Positions 7,707-17,568 are shown, counted from the first letter of the stretch. The stretch is DNA of 32,000 bases from Lwoffella lincolnii (GCF_002014765.1 NZ_MUYT01000009.1:1-32000), one strand, 5' to 3'. The notes: a model not told the origin generated them from the letters alone. Numbers and translations: made by a program.

Positions 7707-8528
7707 ATGCCCATGACTTCTTTTAACCCTGTTACCAATGACCATCAGATTGATGCCCAATATGACCGCCGTTTTGGTGGCACAAAGACCTTATACGGTC
7801 ATGACGCAATGCAACGCTTTGGCAATGCCCATGTGTATGTGATTGGTATTGGTGGTGTGGGCAGTTGGGCGGCTGAAGCACTGGCAAGAACGGCAGTCGG
7901 TGAGCTGACGTTGATTGACATGGACGTGTTGGTGGCATCAAACATCAATCGCCAACTGCCTGCACTAGACAGCAGTTTGGGGCAAAGTAAAATCGAAGCA
8001 ATGGCATTACGTTTGCATCAAATTAACCCACGGTTAACGCTGAACTTATGCGATGAGTTTGTTACCCAAGACAATGTCAATCAACTGTTGCCCAGCCGTC
8101 AAGACAAAGACAAGGCACATCAAAAGGGGCGTGGTATGGTGATATTAGACTGTACCGATGACATGAGTGCTAAGGTGCATATTGCGTTGCATTGTCGGTT
8201 TAATAAATTAAAGCTGGTGTGTGCTGGTGGAGCAGGGAGCAAAACAGACCCCACTCGCATCGGCATTAGTGACTTAAAAGACACCACCCAAGACCCATTG
8301 TTGGCAAGATTACGCAACAAATTGCGTCAAGAACATGGCATCAACCGTGAATTAAAAACTAAGTTTGGCATTCGCTGTGTGTATTCTGACCAACCGCCAG
8401 AGCATAGCAAGGTGGGCAGTCAAGCTCACGGCTTGCAATGTGGCGGTTATGGCTCAGCGGTGGTGATGACCGCCAGCATGGGCATGGTGATGGCAAGTGA
8501 AGCATTACATTTGTTGGCAATACCATAA
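7707..8528 (+). CDS. tcdA: tRNA threonylcarbamoyladenosine dehydratase (ThiF/E1-like, TcdA/CsdL)
   Basis: The ThiF-type nucleotide-binding motif is VYVIGIGGVGSWAAEALARTAVGELTLIDMDVLVASNINRQ. Length and overall layout are typical of TcdA. Confidence 0.82.
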   Translation: MPMTSFNPVTNDHQIDAQYDRRFGGTKTLYGHDAMQRFGNAHVYVIGIGGVGSWAAEALARTAVGELTLIDMDVLVASNINRQLPALDSSLGQSKIEAMALRLHQINPRLTLNLCDEFVTQDNVNQLLPSRQDKDKAHQKGRGMVILDCTDDMSAKVHIALHCRFNKLKLVCAGGAGSKTDPTRIGISDLKDTTQDPLLARLRNKLRQEHGINRELKTKFGIRCVYSDQPPEHSKVGSQAHGLQCGGYGSAVVMTASMGMVMASEALHLLAIP

Positions 8529-8650
8529 AAAACATTGGCAACCAAACTTGTCAAACCGATGAACATGTCATCAGTTGGGATTATTGGTGGTTATGCCATT
8601 GATGAATGACGATGTTCATCGTTCATCGGTGATGTGATTGGCAACATTAA

Positions 8651-9223
8651 TCAGCTAACACGAGTTTGATATTCGCCTGTGCGAGTGTCCACACGAATGG
8701 TTTCGCCTTGTTGGACAAATAACGGCACTTTAACCACTGCCCCAGTTTCTAAAATTGCAGGTTTACTGCCACCGCTTGATGTATCACCTTTTAGCCCAGG
8801 GTCAGTTTCGGTGATTTGCAGTTCCACAAAGTTAGGAGCAGAAACGGACAAAGGCACCCCATTAAATAAGGTGATGATGCAAGTTTCGTTGCTGTTTTCT
8901 TTGAGCCACTGCTTGGCATCGCCCATGGCATTGGCATCGGCTTGCAGTTGCTCAAAGCTTTCTGGGTGCATGAAATGCCAAAACTCACCATCTGAGTACA
9001 GATAGTTCATTTCATTATCAACCACATCTGCCCCTTCTAGGCTATCGCCTGATTTGAAGGTTTGTTCAAGCACTTTGCCTGTTCTTAGGTTACGCAGTTT
9101 CACACGGTTAAAGGCTTGACCTTTACCTGGTTTAACGTATTCGTTGTCAATGATGGAGCAGGGGTTGCCATCTAGCATCACTTTAAGACCTGCTTTAAAT
9201 TCGTTGGTAGAATAACTTGCCAT
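8651..9223 (-). CDS. efp: Translation elongation factor P
   Basis: 190 aa beginning [15 protein letters not shown]. The modified-lysine loop KPGKGQAF is present. Confidence 0.97.
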   Translation of the reverse strand: MASYSTNEFKAGLKVMLDGNPCSIIDNEYVKPGKGQAFNRVKLRNLRTGKVLEQTFKSGDSLEGADVVDNEMNYLYSDGEFWHFMHPESFEQLQADANAMGDAKQWLKENSNETCIITLFNGVPLSVSAPNFVELQITETDPGLKGDTSSGGSKPAILETGAVVKVPLFVQQGETIRVDTRTGEYQTRVS

Positions 9224-9300
9224 AATGTGTTTTCCAGTTTGTTGCCATTAAAAAGTTGACGTTTATTAAGCTTAGGGGTGATTTTTAGTTGCCCATCATT

Positions 9301-9338
9301 AGCTGACATCAGCTGACATCGCTTACTGACATCGCTTA
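9301..9338. repeat. Interleaved short tandem duplications in the efp-epmB spacer
   Basis: agctgacatc occurs at 9301-9310 and 9311-9320. ctgacatcgctta occurs at 9313-9325 and 9326-9338. Confidence 0.95.
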
Positions 9339-9417
9339 AATGAAGCAGACGCCCTAATATCTTGCTCAATATCAGTGAAAAAAATCTCTGCCAATGCGTC
9401 AAATGGAATATACTTTG

Positions 9418-9449
9418 CGTTTTATGTGCTGTTCGTTTTATGTGCTGTT
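9418..9449. repeat. Perfect 16-bp tandem duplication (cgttttatgtgctgtt x2)
   Basis: The copies lie at 9418-9433 and 9434-9449. Confidence 0.95.
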
Positions 9450-9549
9450 CTTAAAGTTAAAACATGAATGTTAAAACCCCATGTAAACGAAGCATTGAAA
9501 CTCAAACGCCAGCTAAACGCATGACACACTCGCAGATTAACCATAGAAT

Positions 9550-10623
9550 ATGATAAACCATTTGCCCCCACAAAAAAACTGGCAACAGCAAATATCTGAT
9601 GCCATCACCGACCCCATGCAGTTGCTTGAGCGGTTACAGATAACCGACCCTAAGCTGTTATCTGTGTATCAAGCACACGCCCAAACGTCCAAAAAATTCG
9701 GTCTAAAAGTGCCACATGCTTTTGTGGCAAAGATGAAAGTGGGCGACAGTCAAGACCCTTTGTTACGCCAAGTTTTGCCCATGTATGGACAAGATGTCCA
9801 CACACAAGGCGGTGATGATTATATGCTTGACCCATTGCAAGAGGTGCATGCCAGTCCTGTAACAGGCATGTTACACAAATACCAGTCACGCATATTATTG
9901 ACCGTAACAGGAGCCTGTGCGATTCATTGTCGCTATTGTTTTCGCCAGCATTATGATTATCAGGCCAACCGCCCATCATCACAGACGCAAGTGGTGCAAG
10001 ATTACATTTTGGCTCACCCCGACATCAACGAGGTGATTTTTAGTGGTGGTGACCCTTTGAGTTTGAATAACCGTCGCTTATTTGTTTGGTTAGACGCCAT
10101 GGCAACCATGCCACAAATCAACACCATTCGCTTGCACACTCGCTTACCGATTGTTATCCCTGAGCGTTTAGATGATGAATTGTTGACAAAATTTGACAGT
10201 TTAACCCAAGTGATGATGGACAACGCCATCAATCTTATCATGGTGGTGCATACCAACCATGCCAACGAAATTGATGACGCCACGGCAAGACAGTTGTGGC
10301 GATTGCGACACGCAGGCGTGACCGTCATGAACCAAGCGGTGCTGTTAAAAGGCGTCAACGACAACGTAACGGCACAAGTGGCATTAAGTCAGCGTTTATT
10401 TGATGCTGGGGTATTGCCTTATTACTTGCATCTTCTTGATAAAGTCAAAGGGTCTGCCTATTTTTATGTCAGTGAAGAACAAGCAGTGGCATTGTATTGG
10501 CAGATGTTGGCGCGATTGTCTGGCTATTTATTGCCAAGATTGGTAAAAGAGTTGCCCAATTGTCCATTCAAAACCCCCATTGATATTTACAAATCAGCCA
10601 AAAATTGTCAATATATGGGTTAG
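9550..10623 (+). CDS. epmB: EF-P beta-lysylation radical-SAM enzyme (lysine 2,3-aminomutase-like, EpmB/YjeK)
   Basis: The radical-SAM motif CAIHCRYCFRQ is present. The gene is divergent from efp, as in enterobacteria. The EF-P lysine loop is conserved. Confidence 0.9.
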   Translation: MINHLPPQKNWQQQISDAITDPMQLLERLQITDPKLLSVYQAHAQTSKKFGLKVPHAFVAKMKVGDSQDPLLRQVLPMYGQDVHTQGGDDYMLDPLQEVHASPVTGMLHKYQSRILLTVTGACAIHCRYCFRQHYDYQANRPSSQTQVVQDYILAHPDINEVIFSGGDPLSLNNRRLFVWLDAMATMPQINTIRLHTRLPIVIPERLDDELLTKFDSLTQVMMDNAINLIMVVHTNHANEIDDATARQLWRLRHAGVTVMNQAVLLKGVNDNVTAQVALSQRLFDAGVLPYYLHLLDKVKGSAYFYVSEEQAVALYWQMLARLSGYLLPRLVKELPNCPFKTPIDIYKSAKNCQYMG

Positions 10624-10754
10624 TCTTTGGCTGATTGCTTTATTTAATTGATTGAATAAAAATGAGCAAACTGAAAGGATTTGGCTGAAAGGTTTAGATT
10701 AAAGAACAGAATGTAGAAAATGGAATGTAAAAAACAGGCTTTAGAGAATAATTT

Positions 10755-12494
10755 ATGATAAGTTTTGACACCTTTGTAAAATATTTGGACACCCAATTAC
10801 CCTTAAGACCGCTGAACTTTAGCCATATTGGTGACGATGGCAAACAAATTAGCCAGTGGGGGGCTAATTTGATGATTGCCAATAAATCAGAACAATGCCA
10901 ACAGCTTGAAAAAGTATTGACTGAGATGATTGTGGCAGACATCTCAGACCCCAAGCGTTTGGAGCTTATGAAGCAATTAAAAGAGGTGACATTTAGGGTC
11001 GTCAATCAACTCAGAAGTGATTATATTCATGAGCCTAGCCAGCTGAGCAAATTACAACATGGCATGGTCAATCAGGTAACCTCTATTTACTATTTAACCG
11101 CCTTGGTGTTCGATGGCATGATGACAAGGCAAATGAGCCAACTGCAACCAGCTGGCAAACAGACCAACAAACGGTCTTGGTGGACGATATTGCCCATTGG
11201 ACGCTCGGACAATCAGGCATGTTTACAGCAAATCATTTATCAGCTGATGTATGTGTATTTGAATTTGATGATGGAGGCTGCCATTATTTTTACCAAACCA
11301 CAACAAATTCTATGGCAACAGATGAACCGACTGTACATGGTGGCTAAATCGCAAGGCGTGCTGGACATGGTGTATCATGACAAACAACACAACAGCCATG
11401 CTGACAGTATCCATGACATTTATAAACAGGCGTGCTTGTATAGTTTGTTGCGTCCAGTGTCGTTTAGAAGACAAGATGTTTTGGGTATTCATAAAGTGTT
11501 GGCAAGATGGGCAAAGTTAGTCGACATTAGTGATGACCCCGTCAGTGAAAATAAAATCTATATTGATTTAAATTCTAACCAACCGCCTGAATATCTGACC
11601 CCATACTCTCGCATTAACCCTTTTACAGAAGACAGCACAAGCCTATTTGTGAATTTAGACAAATTACATGACTATTTAACCAAAGCACAAAGCAAAGAAG
11701 GCAAGGACCATATCAGTTTTGAGATGCGTCTGGCACGTCTGGCACAATATACCCTAGAGCAACAACAATATCTACAACGTGGCGAAAAACGCATTCCCAC
11801 TCGACGACATGCCACCATTGTTACAGGCTTGCACCGCATTCATTATTATCTGTCAAATAAAATGCCATTGGAACGTTTGATTTTAGCAGATGAATTGCCC
11901 AAAGGATATTACCCAAAAATCAGCAGAGTGGCAGACAAGCAAGACTATAAACACACTTTAGATGCCACCATCATGGACATGAGTAAGACAGGGTATCGCT
12001 TTAGCTTTGGCGAATTAGATGATATTGACGTTACTGACGAAAATGAACAAATGACACAAGAGTATGAAAGAAAATCCGCCATCAAGCAAGCTGTTGCCAA
12101 TAGCACCACCCTTAAAGTATTGAGCATTTTTGCCTTAATGCCTGATAAAACTGATGCTGAAAGCAATTGGGAGCTTGGGGTGATTCGTTGGATAGAGAAT
12201 AAAGAACGCAGTATCGAGGTAGGGGCTCGTTTGATGGGGTACGCCATCACCGCTTGTGGTGTTCGCCTTGAAAGCAAAGATGAGCGGTCGCAAGATTTTG
12301 TGGTGGCGTTGCTGGTGGCAGGCAATGAAAGTCTGGGTACGCAAACATCGCTGATTTTGCCACAATACCATTTTAAAGAAAATGACCGTGTGGTGCTAAG
12401 AATCGGTGATAAACAAACCAATCTTCGCCTTGCCAAAAACATCAATAACAGTGATGACATGCAACAATATGAGATTGTGCGATTAGCAGGATAA
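10755..12494 (+). CDS. Uncharacterised 579-aa protein with a C-terminal PilZ-like c-di-GMP-binding signature
   Basis: Long ORF with no overlaps. The RxxxR motif is RIPTR (R346-R350, nt 11790-11804). The DxSxxG motif is DMSKTG (D408-G413, nt 11976-11993). I do not recognise the N-terminal 340 aa or so. The 58-residue spacing between the two motifs is longer than canonical. Confidence 0.5.
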   Translation: MISFDTFVKYLDTQLPLRPLNFSHIGDDGKQISQWGANLMIANKSEQCQQLEKVLTEMIVADISDPKRLELMKQLKEVTFRVVNQLRSDYIHEPSQLSKLQHGMVNQVTSIYYLTALVFDGMMTRQMSQLQPAGKQTNKRSWWTILPIGRSDNQACLQQIIYQLMYVYLNLMMEAAIIFTKPQQILWQQMNRLYMVAKSQGVLDMVYHDKQHNSHADSIHDIYKQACLYSLLRPVSFRRQDVLGIHKVLARWAKLVDISDDPVSENKIYIDLNSNQPPEYLTPYSRINPFTEDSTSLFVNLDKLHDYLTKAQSKEGKDHISFEMRLARLAQYTLEQQQYLQRGEKRIPTRRHATIVTGLHRIHYYLSNKMPLERLILADELPKGYYPKISRVADKQDYKHTLDATIMDMSKTGYRFSFGELDDIDVTDENEQMTQEYERKSAIKQAVANSTTLKVLSIFALMPDKTDAESNWELGVIRWIENKERSIEVGARLMGYAITACGVRLESKDERSQDFVVALLVAGNESLGTQTSLILPQYHFKENDRVVLRIGDKQTNLRLAKNINNSDDMQQYEIVRLAG

Positions 12495-12608
12495 TGATTA
12501 ATCATGTATTTTGTATGATAAATTGGTTGTTTTATTTGTCATATCATTTATTATGCCTCGCCTATTTCTTGATTAATAAAAAAACAATGATACATAAATG
12601 ATACATAT

Positions 12609-14699
12609 ATGAGCAAACAAATGAAAGAGTTAAACTTACTGGTTATTGATGATGATCAGCTTTATGCTGAACGCTTGGTTGAGCTATTGTCATTGTATTA
12701 TGACGATGTCAATCTGGGATTTTTAGATGACAAGGAAGAATTTATCAAAACCTTACGTCGTCACTGGGATGTGTTGGTATTTGGTCAAGCTTATGACATG
12801 AATCTCTTAGATGTGATAGGCATTGTGCAGGAGCAGGGTGTCGATTTGCCCATCATTGCCTTGGTGAATAATGAGCCGTCAACCGCTGTGCAGACAGAAG
12901 TGAGCTTGCCAGACACCATTAACGCCAATCTGATTAAAGCGTTGCCCAGTGAGCAAGAAACACAAGTGGTGCTTTCCATCATTTTGCAGGCAAGTGCGTT
13001 ACAAACTCGCCGTAAGGTAGTTGACCTTAAATATATTTTAAGTGAGGCTGAACAGCGTGCCAACATTCTTATCAAAAACTCCAAAAGTGCGGTCGCTTAT
13101 ATTGACCAAGGCATTCATATCTTTGCCAATGAACCCTATCTTAAAATGTTTGGCTATGAAAGCATGGACGAGCTGATGGGCGTGCCTGTGATTGATTTGA
13201 TTGCAGGTGGGGATAAGGTGAAAGAGTTTAAGCAGTTTTTACGCCGTTTTGATAAAGGCAATCGTGAGCAGGTAGAGTTTAAGTTTCAAAGTAAACGCAC
13301 AGATGGCAGCACTTTTGAAGCCAAACTCCAAGTTGCGGCTGCCACTTATGACGGTGAGCCTGTTATACAAATCATCATTCAGCAGGACAACAAAGCGGCT
13401 AACAGTGCTGAGCTTGCTAAAAAGCTGGCAATGGCGGAGCGAACTGACCGACTGACAGGGCTAGAAAACCGTGTTGGCTTTATGCAACGAGCCAATGAGA
13501 TGCTTGAGCAAGTGAAGCAAACCCAAGACCACGATGCGGCATTGATTTATTTACGGATAGATAACATCGGACAGATTAACACCAGTTTGGGATTGTCTGG
13601 GGTAGACACCACCGTGAGGCATGTGGCTCACCTGCTTAATGAATTTTTTACCGAGTCGTATGTGAGCCGATTTGCTGACAGTGTGTTTACCGTGTTGGTG
13701 GCAGACACCAATGAGAAAAAACTTGAAAAGCAGATTGAGTCATTGTTACCAAAAGTGGCACAGATGCTCATTGAAGTGGGTAATCGCACCACCAACACCA
13801 CCTTAACAGCAGGGGCGGTGATGATTGAACCACAAAGCCCTGATGTGGAGACACTCATTCAACGAGCATTGGAATCTCAGAATAAAGCCTTTATAGACAG
13901 TGAGCAAGTGGGCAACACTTATCACATTTATGACCCCAGTCAATACGTCAACAGCGACGATAAGGCATTGGCAGAATATTTGGCAGGTGCATTTAGCAAC
14001 CACCATTATTCGTTGCTTTATCAGCCCATCTATGACATACAGACAGACAGCAGTCATTTCTTTGAAGTGTATCTGCGTTTGAAGTTATCAGATGGTCAGA
14101 TGATGATGCCTAACGAGTTTATTGATGTGGCACGAGAACACAATCTGCTTGAAAAAATTGACCGTTGGGTATTGATTAACGCATGCAAGCAATTGAGTAA
14201 GGTCAGGTCAAACCACCCTGATGCACGCATTTTGGTTAATTTAACCGCCGCTTCTTTGGTGGACGCACAGTTGCCCAAGGTGATTGAACAGCTTGTCCGT
14301 GCCGTTGGAGGTAAGCAAGGATCTTTGGTGATACAGTTTAATGAGCAAGATGTGGTCAGTCATCTGGCGGTTGCCAAAAAACAGTATGATAATCTAAAAG
14401 CATTGGGTTGTGATACCTGTATTCATGGTTTTGGTATGACCACCAAAACGATTGAAACATTGGCTTATATCCACCCAACCATGGTGCGTGTGGCACACAG
14501 TTATGTTAAGGACATCGATAAACCCGATGGGCTAGACACCATTAAAACCTTGATAACATCAGCCAGTGAGCATAAGACAGATACGTTGATGCCGTATATT
14601 GAGACCGCTGCCACCATGTCGGTGTCTTGGAGCGTGGGCGCTCGCTATCTGCAAGGGCATTATTTGCAAGAACCTGCTGTCGATATGAATGTTGCTTAG
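12609..14699 (+). CDS. FimX-like REC-PAS-GGDEF-EAL protein with degenerate signalling and catalytic motifs
   Basis: 696 aa. The REC-like N-terminus has FG in place of the phospho-acceptor Asp (WDVLVFGQAYD). The PAS segment is AVAYIDQGIHIFANEPYLKMFGYES. The GGDEF position reads FADSVF. The EAL position reads FEVYLRL. The DDFGTG position reads HGFGMT. Confidence 0.8.
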   Translation: MSKQMKELNLLVIDDDQLYAERLVELLSLYYDDVNLGFLDDKEEFIKTLRRHWDVLVFGQAYDMNLLDVIGIVQEQGVDLPIIALVNNEPSTAVQTEVSLPDTINANLIKALPSEQETQVVLSIILQASALQTRRKVVDLKYILSEAEQRANILIKNSKSAVAYIDQGIHIFANEPYLKMFGYESMDELMGVPVIDLIAGGDKVKEFKQFLRRFDKGNREQVEFKFQSKRTDGSTFEAKLQVAAATYDGEPVIQIIIQQDNKAANSAELAKKLAMAERTDRLTGLENRVGFMQRANEMLEQVKQTQDHDAALIYLRIDNIGQINTSLGLSGVDTTVRHVAHLLNEFFTESYVSRFADSVFTVLVADTNEKKLEKQIESLLPKVAQMLIEVGNRTTNTTLTAGAVMIEPQSPDVETLIQRALESQNKAFIDSEQVGNTYHIYDPSQYVNSDDKALAEYLAGAFSNHHYSLLYQPIYDIQTDSSHFFEVYLRLKLSDGQMMMPNEFIDVAREHNLLEKIDRWVLINACKQLSKVRSNHPDARILVNLTAASLVDAQLPKVIEQLVRAVGGKQGSLVIQFNEQDVVSHLAVAKKQYDNLKALGCDTCIHGFGMTTKTIETLAYIHPTMVRVAHSYVKDIDKPDGLDTIKTLITSASEHKTDTLMPYIETAATMSVSWSVGARYLQGHYLQEPAVDMNVA

Positions 14700-14709
14700 T
14701 TGGGTTTGC

Positions 14710-14737
14710 TGAATGAATGTTGTTGAATGAATGTTGT
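14710..14737. repeat. Perfect 14-bp tandem duplication (tgaatgaatgttgt x2)
   Basis: The copies lie at 14710-14723 and 14724-14737, between the FimX-like stop and the cytochrome c start. Confidence 0.95.
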
Positions 14738-14747
14738 TTGATGGAGC

Positions 14748-15218
14748 ATGGGTTTGTTTAAAACACCTGTATCACCTGTATCGATTGTGGTTATGTTTGC
14801 CTGTCTGTCTGTGGGCTTAATGGCGTGTCAGCCGACACCGCCAGACAGTCGCCCTGAGGTTAACTTGCCTGTTTATACAGGAGGTGATGCAATGGCAGGG
14901 CAGAGTGCTTATCAAGAGTATTGTGAACAGTGTCATAAACTGCAAGCGGGACGAAATAAAAAAGGCCCTCAGCTGATGAATGTGTATGGCAATCCGTCTG
15001 CCCTGCTGGCTGATTATAAATACTCTGCCGCCATGCAAGAGGCTGGTTGGCAGTGGGACGCTGCCACACTTGATGTTTATATCGCTGACCCAGACAAAGC
15101 CCTGCCATCAGGAAAGATGCTGTCTGACCCCATATCTGATGCCAAAATCCGCCAAGACATCATCGCTTATCTGTCAACTTTGCGACAATCTGCATCCGCT
15201 CAATCCACATCAGATTAA
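14748..15218 (+). CDS. Class I c-type cytochrome (cytochrome c2-like), probably a lipoprotein
   Basis: The signal peptide carries a lipobox-like LMAC. One heme-binding motif, CEQCH, is present. The candidate distal Met lies in PSGKML. Confidence 0.8.
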   Translation: MGLFKTPVSPVSIVVMFACLSVGLMACQPTPPDSRPEVNLPVYTGGDAMAGQSAYQEYCEQCHKLQAGRNKKGPQLMNVYGNPSALLADYKYSAAMQEAGWQWDAATLDVYIADPDKALPSGKMLSDPISDAKIRQDIIAYLSTLRQSASAQSTSD

Positions 15219-15230
15219 TCCACATCAAGT
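15201..15230 (+). repeat. 15-bp tandem pair at the 3' end of the cytochrome c gene. The gene's stop codon is the first codon of copy 2.
   Basis: CAATCCACATCAGAT (15201-15215, encoding QSTSD) is followed by TAATCCACATCAAGT (15216-15230). Confidence 0.9.
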
Positions 15231-15424
15231 TGAGTCAATGGTTTTGGTTCTTAACAATTTTTAACCATTGTAATGATGTGTAACCATGACACACACATAA
15301 CCATCATATGATTGTCATCAATGTGTGGTATGCTTATCAGGTTCATGGCATCAACCTCATGGCATCAACAGTGTATAAAGCACACTCAGTATAAAGCACG
15401 CCTAGATAAAACACACCCACTTTT

Positions 15425-15458
15425 AGACAGCATATGAAACCAGACAGCGTATGAAACA
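15425..15458. repeat. 17-bp tandem duplication straddling the moxR start codon
   Basis: agacagcatatgaaacc lies at 15425-15441 and agacagcgtatgaaaca at 15442-15458. Each copy carries an ATG. Only the second ATG opens the long ORF. Confidence 0.9.
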
Positions 15459-16512
15459 ACACATGATGCAACGTATGAGCTCAGCTTCCCACCCGACAGA
15501 TGACCCCTCACACGCTTTTCAAAATACGGCATCTCAAAACACGATGTCACAAAACAGCACCAGCACCCAAACAAGCATTCAGCAAGACATTCAACGTCTG
15601 ATACATCAATTAAATCAGCTGATATTAGACAAGCCCAATACGGTGAAGTTGTCTGTGGTGTGCTTGCTTGCCAATGGTCATTTGTTGTTACAAGATTTAC
15701 CAGGTATGGGCAAGACCACTTTGGCACATGGGCTGGCACAGCTGTTTGGTCTGTCGTTTAATCGAGTGCAATTCACCAATGACATGTTGCCTGCTGATAT
15801 TTTAGGCATGAGTTTGTATAATCAAGATGAACATGCTTTTGAGTTCCGTAAGGGGGCTATTTTTAGTCAGTTATTGCTTGCCGATGAGATTAACCGCTCC
15901 AGCCCTAAAACCCAAAGTGCTTTACTTGAAGCCATGGAAGAGCGACAAGTAACCCATGATGGCACAACTTATGCCTTGCCTGAGCCATTTTTTGTCATTG
16001 CCACCCAAAACCCCACTCAGCAGTCAGGTGTGTATCCTTTGCCTGAATCGCAACTTGACCGCTTTTTGATGTGTCTGTCTCTAGGGTATCCGTCTGCCAC
16101 TGCTGAAAAAGAGCTGTTACAAGGCACAGATCGTCGCCAGCTATTGACCCAATTGGAGTCGGTGCTTGATACCAATCGCATTCAACAAGCCCAAGCCATG
16201 ATAAAGCAGCTGTACATGGCAGATGTGGTGGTGGATTATTTGTTGCGTTTGGTACAAAAATCTCGAGAAAGTCAAGAACACATTGGTTTATCACCAAGGG
16301 GCATGTTGGCATTAAAAGCCGCCGCTCAAGCACATGCCTTTGTGTCAGGGTATCAAGAGGTTACCCCAAGCGATGTGCAAGCGGTGTTTTCTGCTGTGGT
16401 GAATCATCGTTTGGGTCAGCCTTTTATGCCTTTTCATCATTTGGGTGGGTTGACCAAGAAACAACCCGCCACCATTGCTGAGCGAATTTTGCAGTCTGTG
16501 TCTGTTTTATAA
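15451..16512 (+). CDS. MoxR-family AAA+ ATPase
   Basis: Walker A motif LPGMGKTT, Walker B motif LLADEINR, and the MoxR-typical FFVIATQNP and LPESQLDRF. The N-terminus is low-complexity and includes a diverged 15-bp x3 repeat (QNTAS-QNTMS-QNSTS, 15520-15564). Confidence 0.92.
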   Translation: MKQHMMQRMSSASHPTDDPSHAFQNTASQNTMSQNSTSTQTSIQQDIQRLIHQLNQLILDKPNTVKLSVVCLLANGHLLLQDLPGMGKTTLAHGLAQLFGLSFNRVQFTNDMLPADILGMSLYNQDEHAFEFRKGAIFSQLLLADEINRSSPKTQSALLEAMEERQVTHDGTTYALPEPFFVIATQNPTQQSGVYPLPESQLDRFLMCLSLGYPSATAEKELLQGTDRRQLLTQLESVLDTNRIQQAQAMIKQLYMADVVVDYLLRLVQKSRESQEHIGLSPRGMLALKAAAQAHAFVSGYQEVTPSDVQAVFSAVVNHRLGQPFMPFHHLGGLTKKQPATIAERILQSVSVL

Positions 16513-16524
16513 AATCAATTTATC

Positions 16525-17568
16525 ATGTCCATTTCTATCAAGCGTCATATTAACGAGCAACTGCGTGGCTTTTTTGCCAAACGTTCACCAAGGCAAGATG
16601 AGCTTGGTTTAAATGTGCGCAATGTGTACATTTTTTTTAGCAAGCAAGGGCTGTTGTTTGCTTTGTTGCTGGTCATCACGTTCATTGCAGGCATCAATTA
16701 TGCGAATAATTTGGTGCTGGGCGTTTGTTTTTATTTGGCAAGTGTGTGGTTGATTAGTGTGCATATGACCTTTGCTCATGTGTCAGGGCTTAAGCTTAAG
16801 CTGTTATCGGTGAGTATGGCGGCAGCAGGTGAGCCTGTGTGGGTGAGCATCGAGGTGATTTCTGATTCTCGAAGTCCCAGCCGTCAGCTGAGGTTTGTTT
16901 TTGATGATGACATCTATAAGACATGGCAAGGTACGCAACAAACTGCCAATAAGGGTGATGATGTGCCAGACAATCACCGACAAGTCATTTTGCCCATGCT
17001 AAAAGGCAGTGCCGTGATACAGTTGCCTGTGTTGTCTGATAAGCGTGGTGAATTGGTGTTGCCCAGATTGGTGATAGACAGCGTGTATCCTTTGGGCATC
17101 ATGCGGGCGTGGTCGTATGCGTATTTTGCAAGTACCGCTTGGGTATACCCCAAGCCTTTGCCGTTTGATTGGCAAAAATTGAATACATTCACTCAAGGGG
17201 AAGAAAATGCCTTTAGCCCCAACCAGCAAAAAGGACAAGATGACTTTGAGATGCTTGATAACCATCAGTTGGGTGAGTCGCTCACTCGGGTATCTTGGGC
17301 ACATGTGGCACGAGGGCATGGTATGCTGACCAAGCACTTTTCTGACCCTGTGGGTCAAGAGCTGTTGCTTGATTATGCTGACATGCCTGCTGTCAATCAT
17401 GAACAAAAGCTGTCGCAACTGAGCCATGCACTTTTGCAGATGGCAGAGCAAACCGAACCCTTTGTGATGAATTTACCGAATGATAAAGGGCAAAAGGGCA
17501 TGGGCAGTGAGTTTATCCGTGCCAATCTAAAACGGTTAGCCCAAGCTCCGAAACTGACAGACACTTAA
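16525..17568 (+). CDS. DUF58-domain protein, the membrane-anchored partner commonly found with MoxR ATPases
   Basis: It starts 12 nt after the moxR stop. There are two N-terminal TM helices. The DUF58-like core contains DDFEMLDNHQLGESLTRVSWAHVARG. Confidence 0.78.
   Translation: MSISIKRHINEQLRGFFAKRSPRQDELGLNVRNVYIFFSKQGLLFALLLVITFIAGINYANNLVLGVCFYLASVWLISVHMTFAHVSGLKLKLLSVSMAAAGEPVWVSIEVISDSRSPSRQLRFVFDDDIYKTWQGTQQTANKGDDVPDNHRQVILPMLKGSAVIQLPVLSDKRGELVLPRLVIDSVYPLGIMRAWSYAYFASTAWVYPKPLPFDWQKLNTFTQGEENAFSPNQQKGQDDFEMLDNHQLGESLTRVSWAHVARGHGMLTKHFSDPVGQELLLDYADMPAVNHEQKLSQLSHALLQMAEQTEPFVMNLPNDKGQKGMGSEFIRANLKRLAQAPKLTDT

Noticed and set aside
7707-8528. The ThiF/E1-like protein, considered as part of a ubiquitin-like conjugation or defence system
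   Set aside because: Its size and motifs fit housekeeping TcdA. No E2-like, JAB/DUB or ubiquitin-like partner genes are adjacent.
8529-8650. Imperfect hairpins in the convergent tcdA/efp spacer, considered as a bidirectional terminator
   Set aside because: The stems are short or bulged and no T run follows on either strand. I cannot support a terminator call.
11945-12505. A 186-aa minus-strand ORF inside the PilZ-like gene
   Set aside because: It is entirely antisense to a long, well-formed ORF. The Ser/Leu/Arg-rich translation is typical of a shadow frame.
15236-15270. The hairpin caatggtt...aaccattg after the cytochrome c gene, considered as a terminator
   Set aside because: It has an 8-bp stem but a 19-nt loop and no downstream T run, which is not convincing for an intrinsic terminator.
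16999-17451. A 150-aa minus-strand ORF inside the DUF58 gene
   Set aside because: It is an antisense shadow ORF with no family resemblance.
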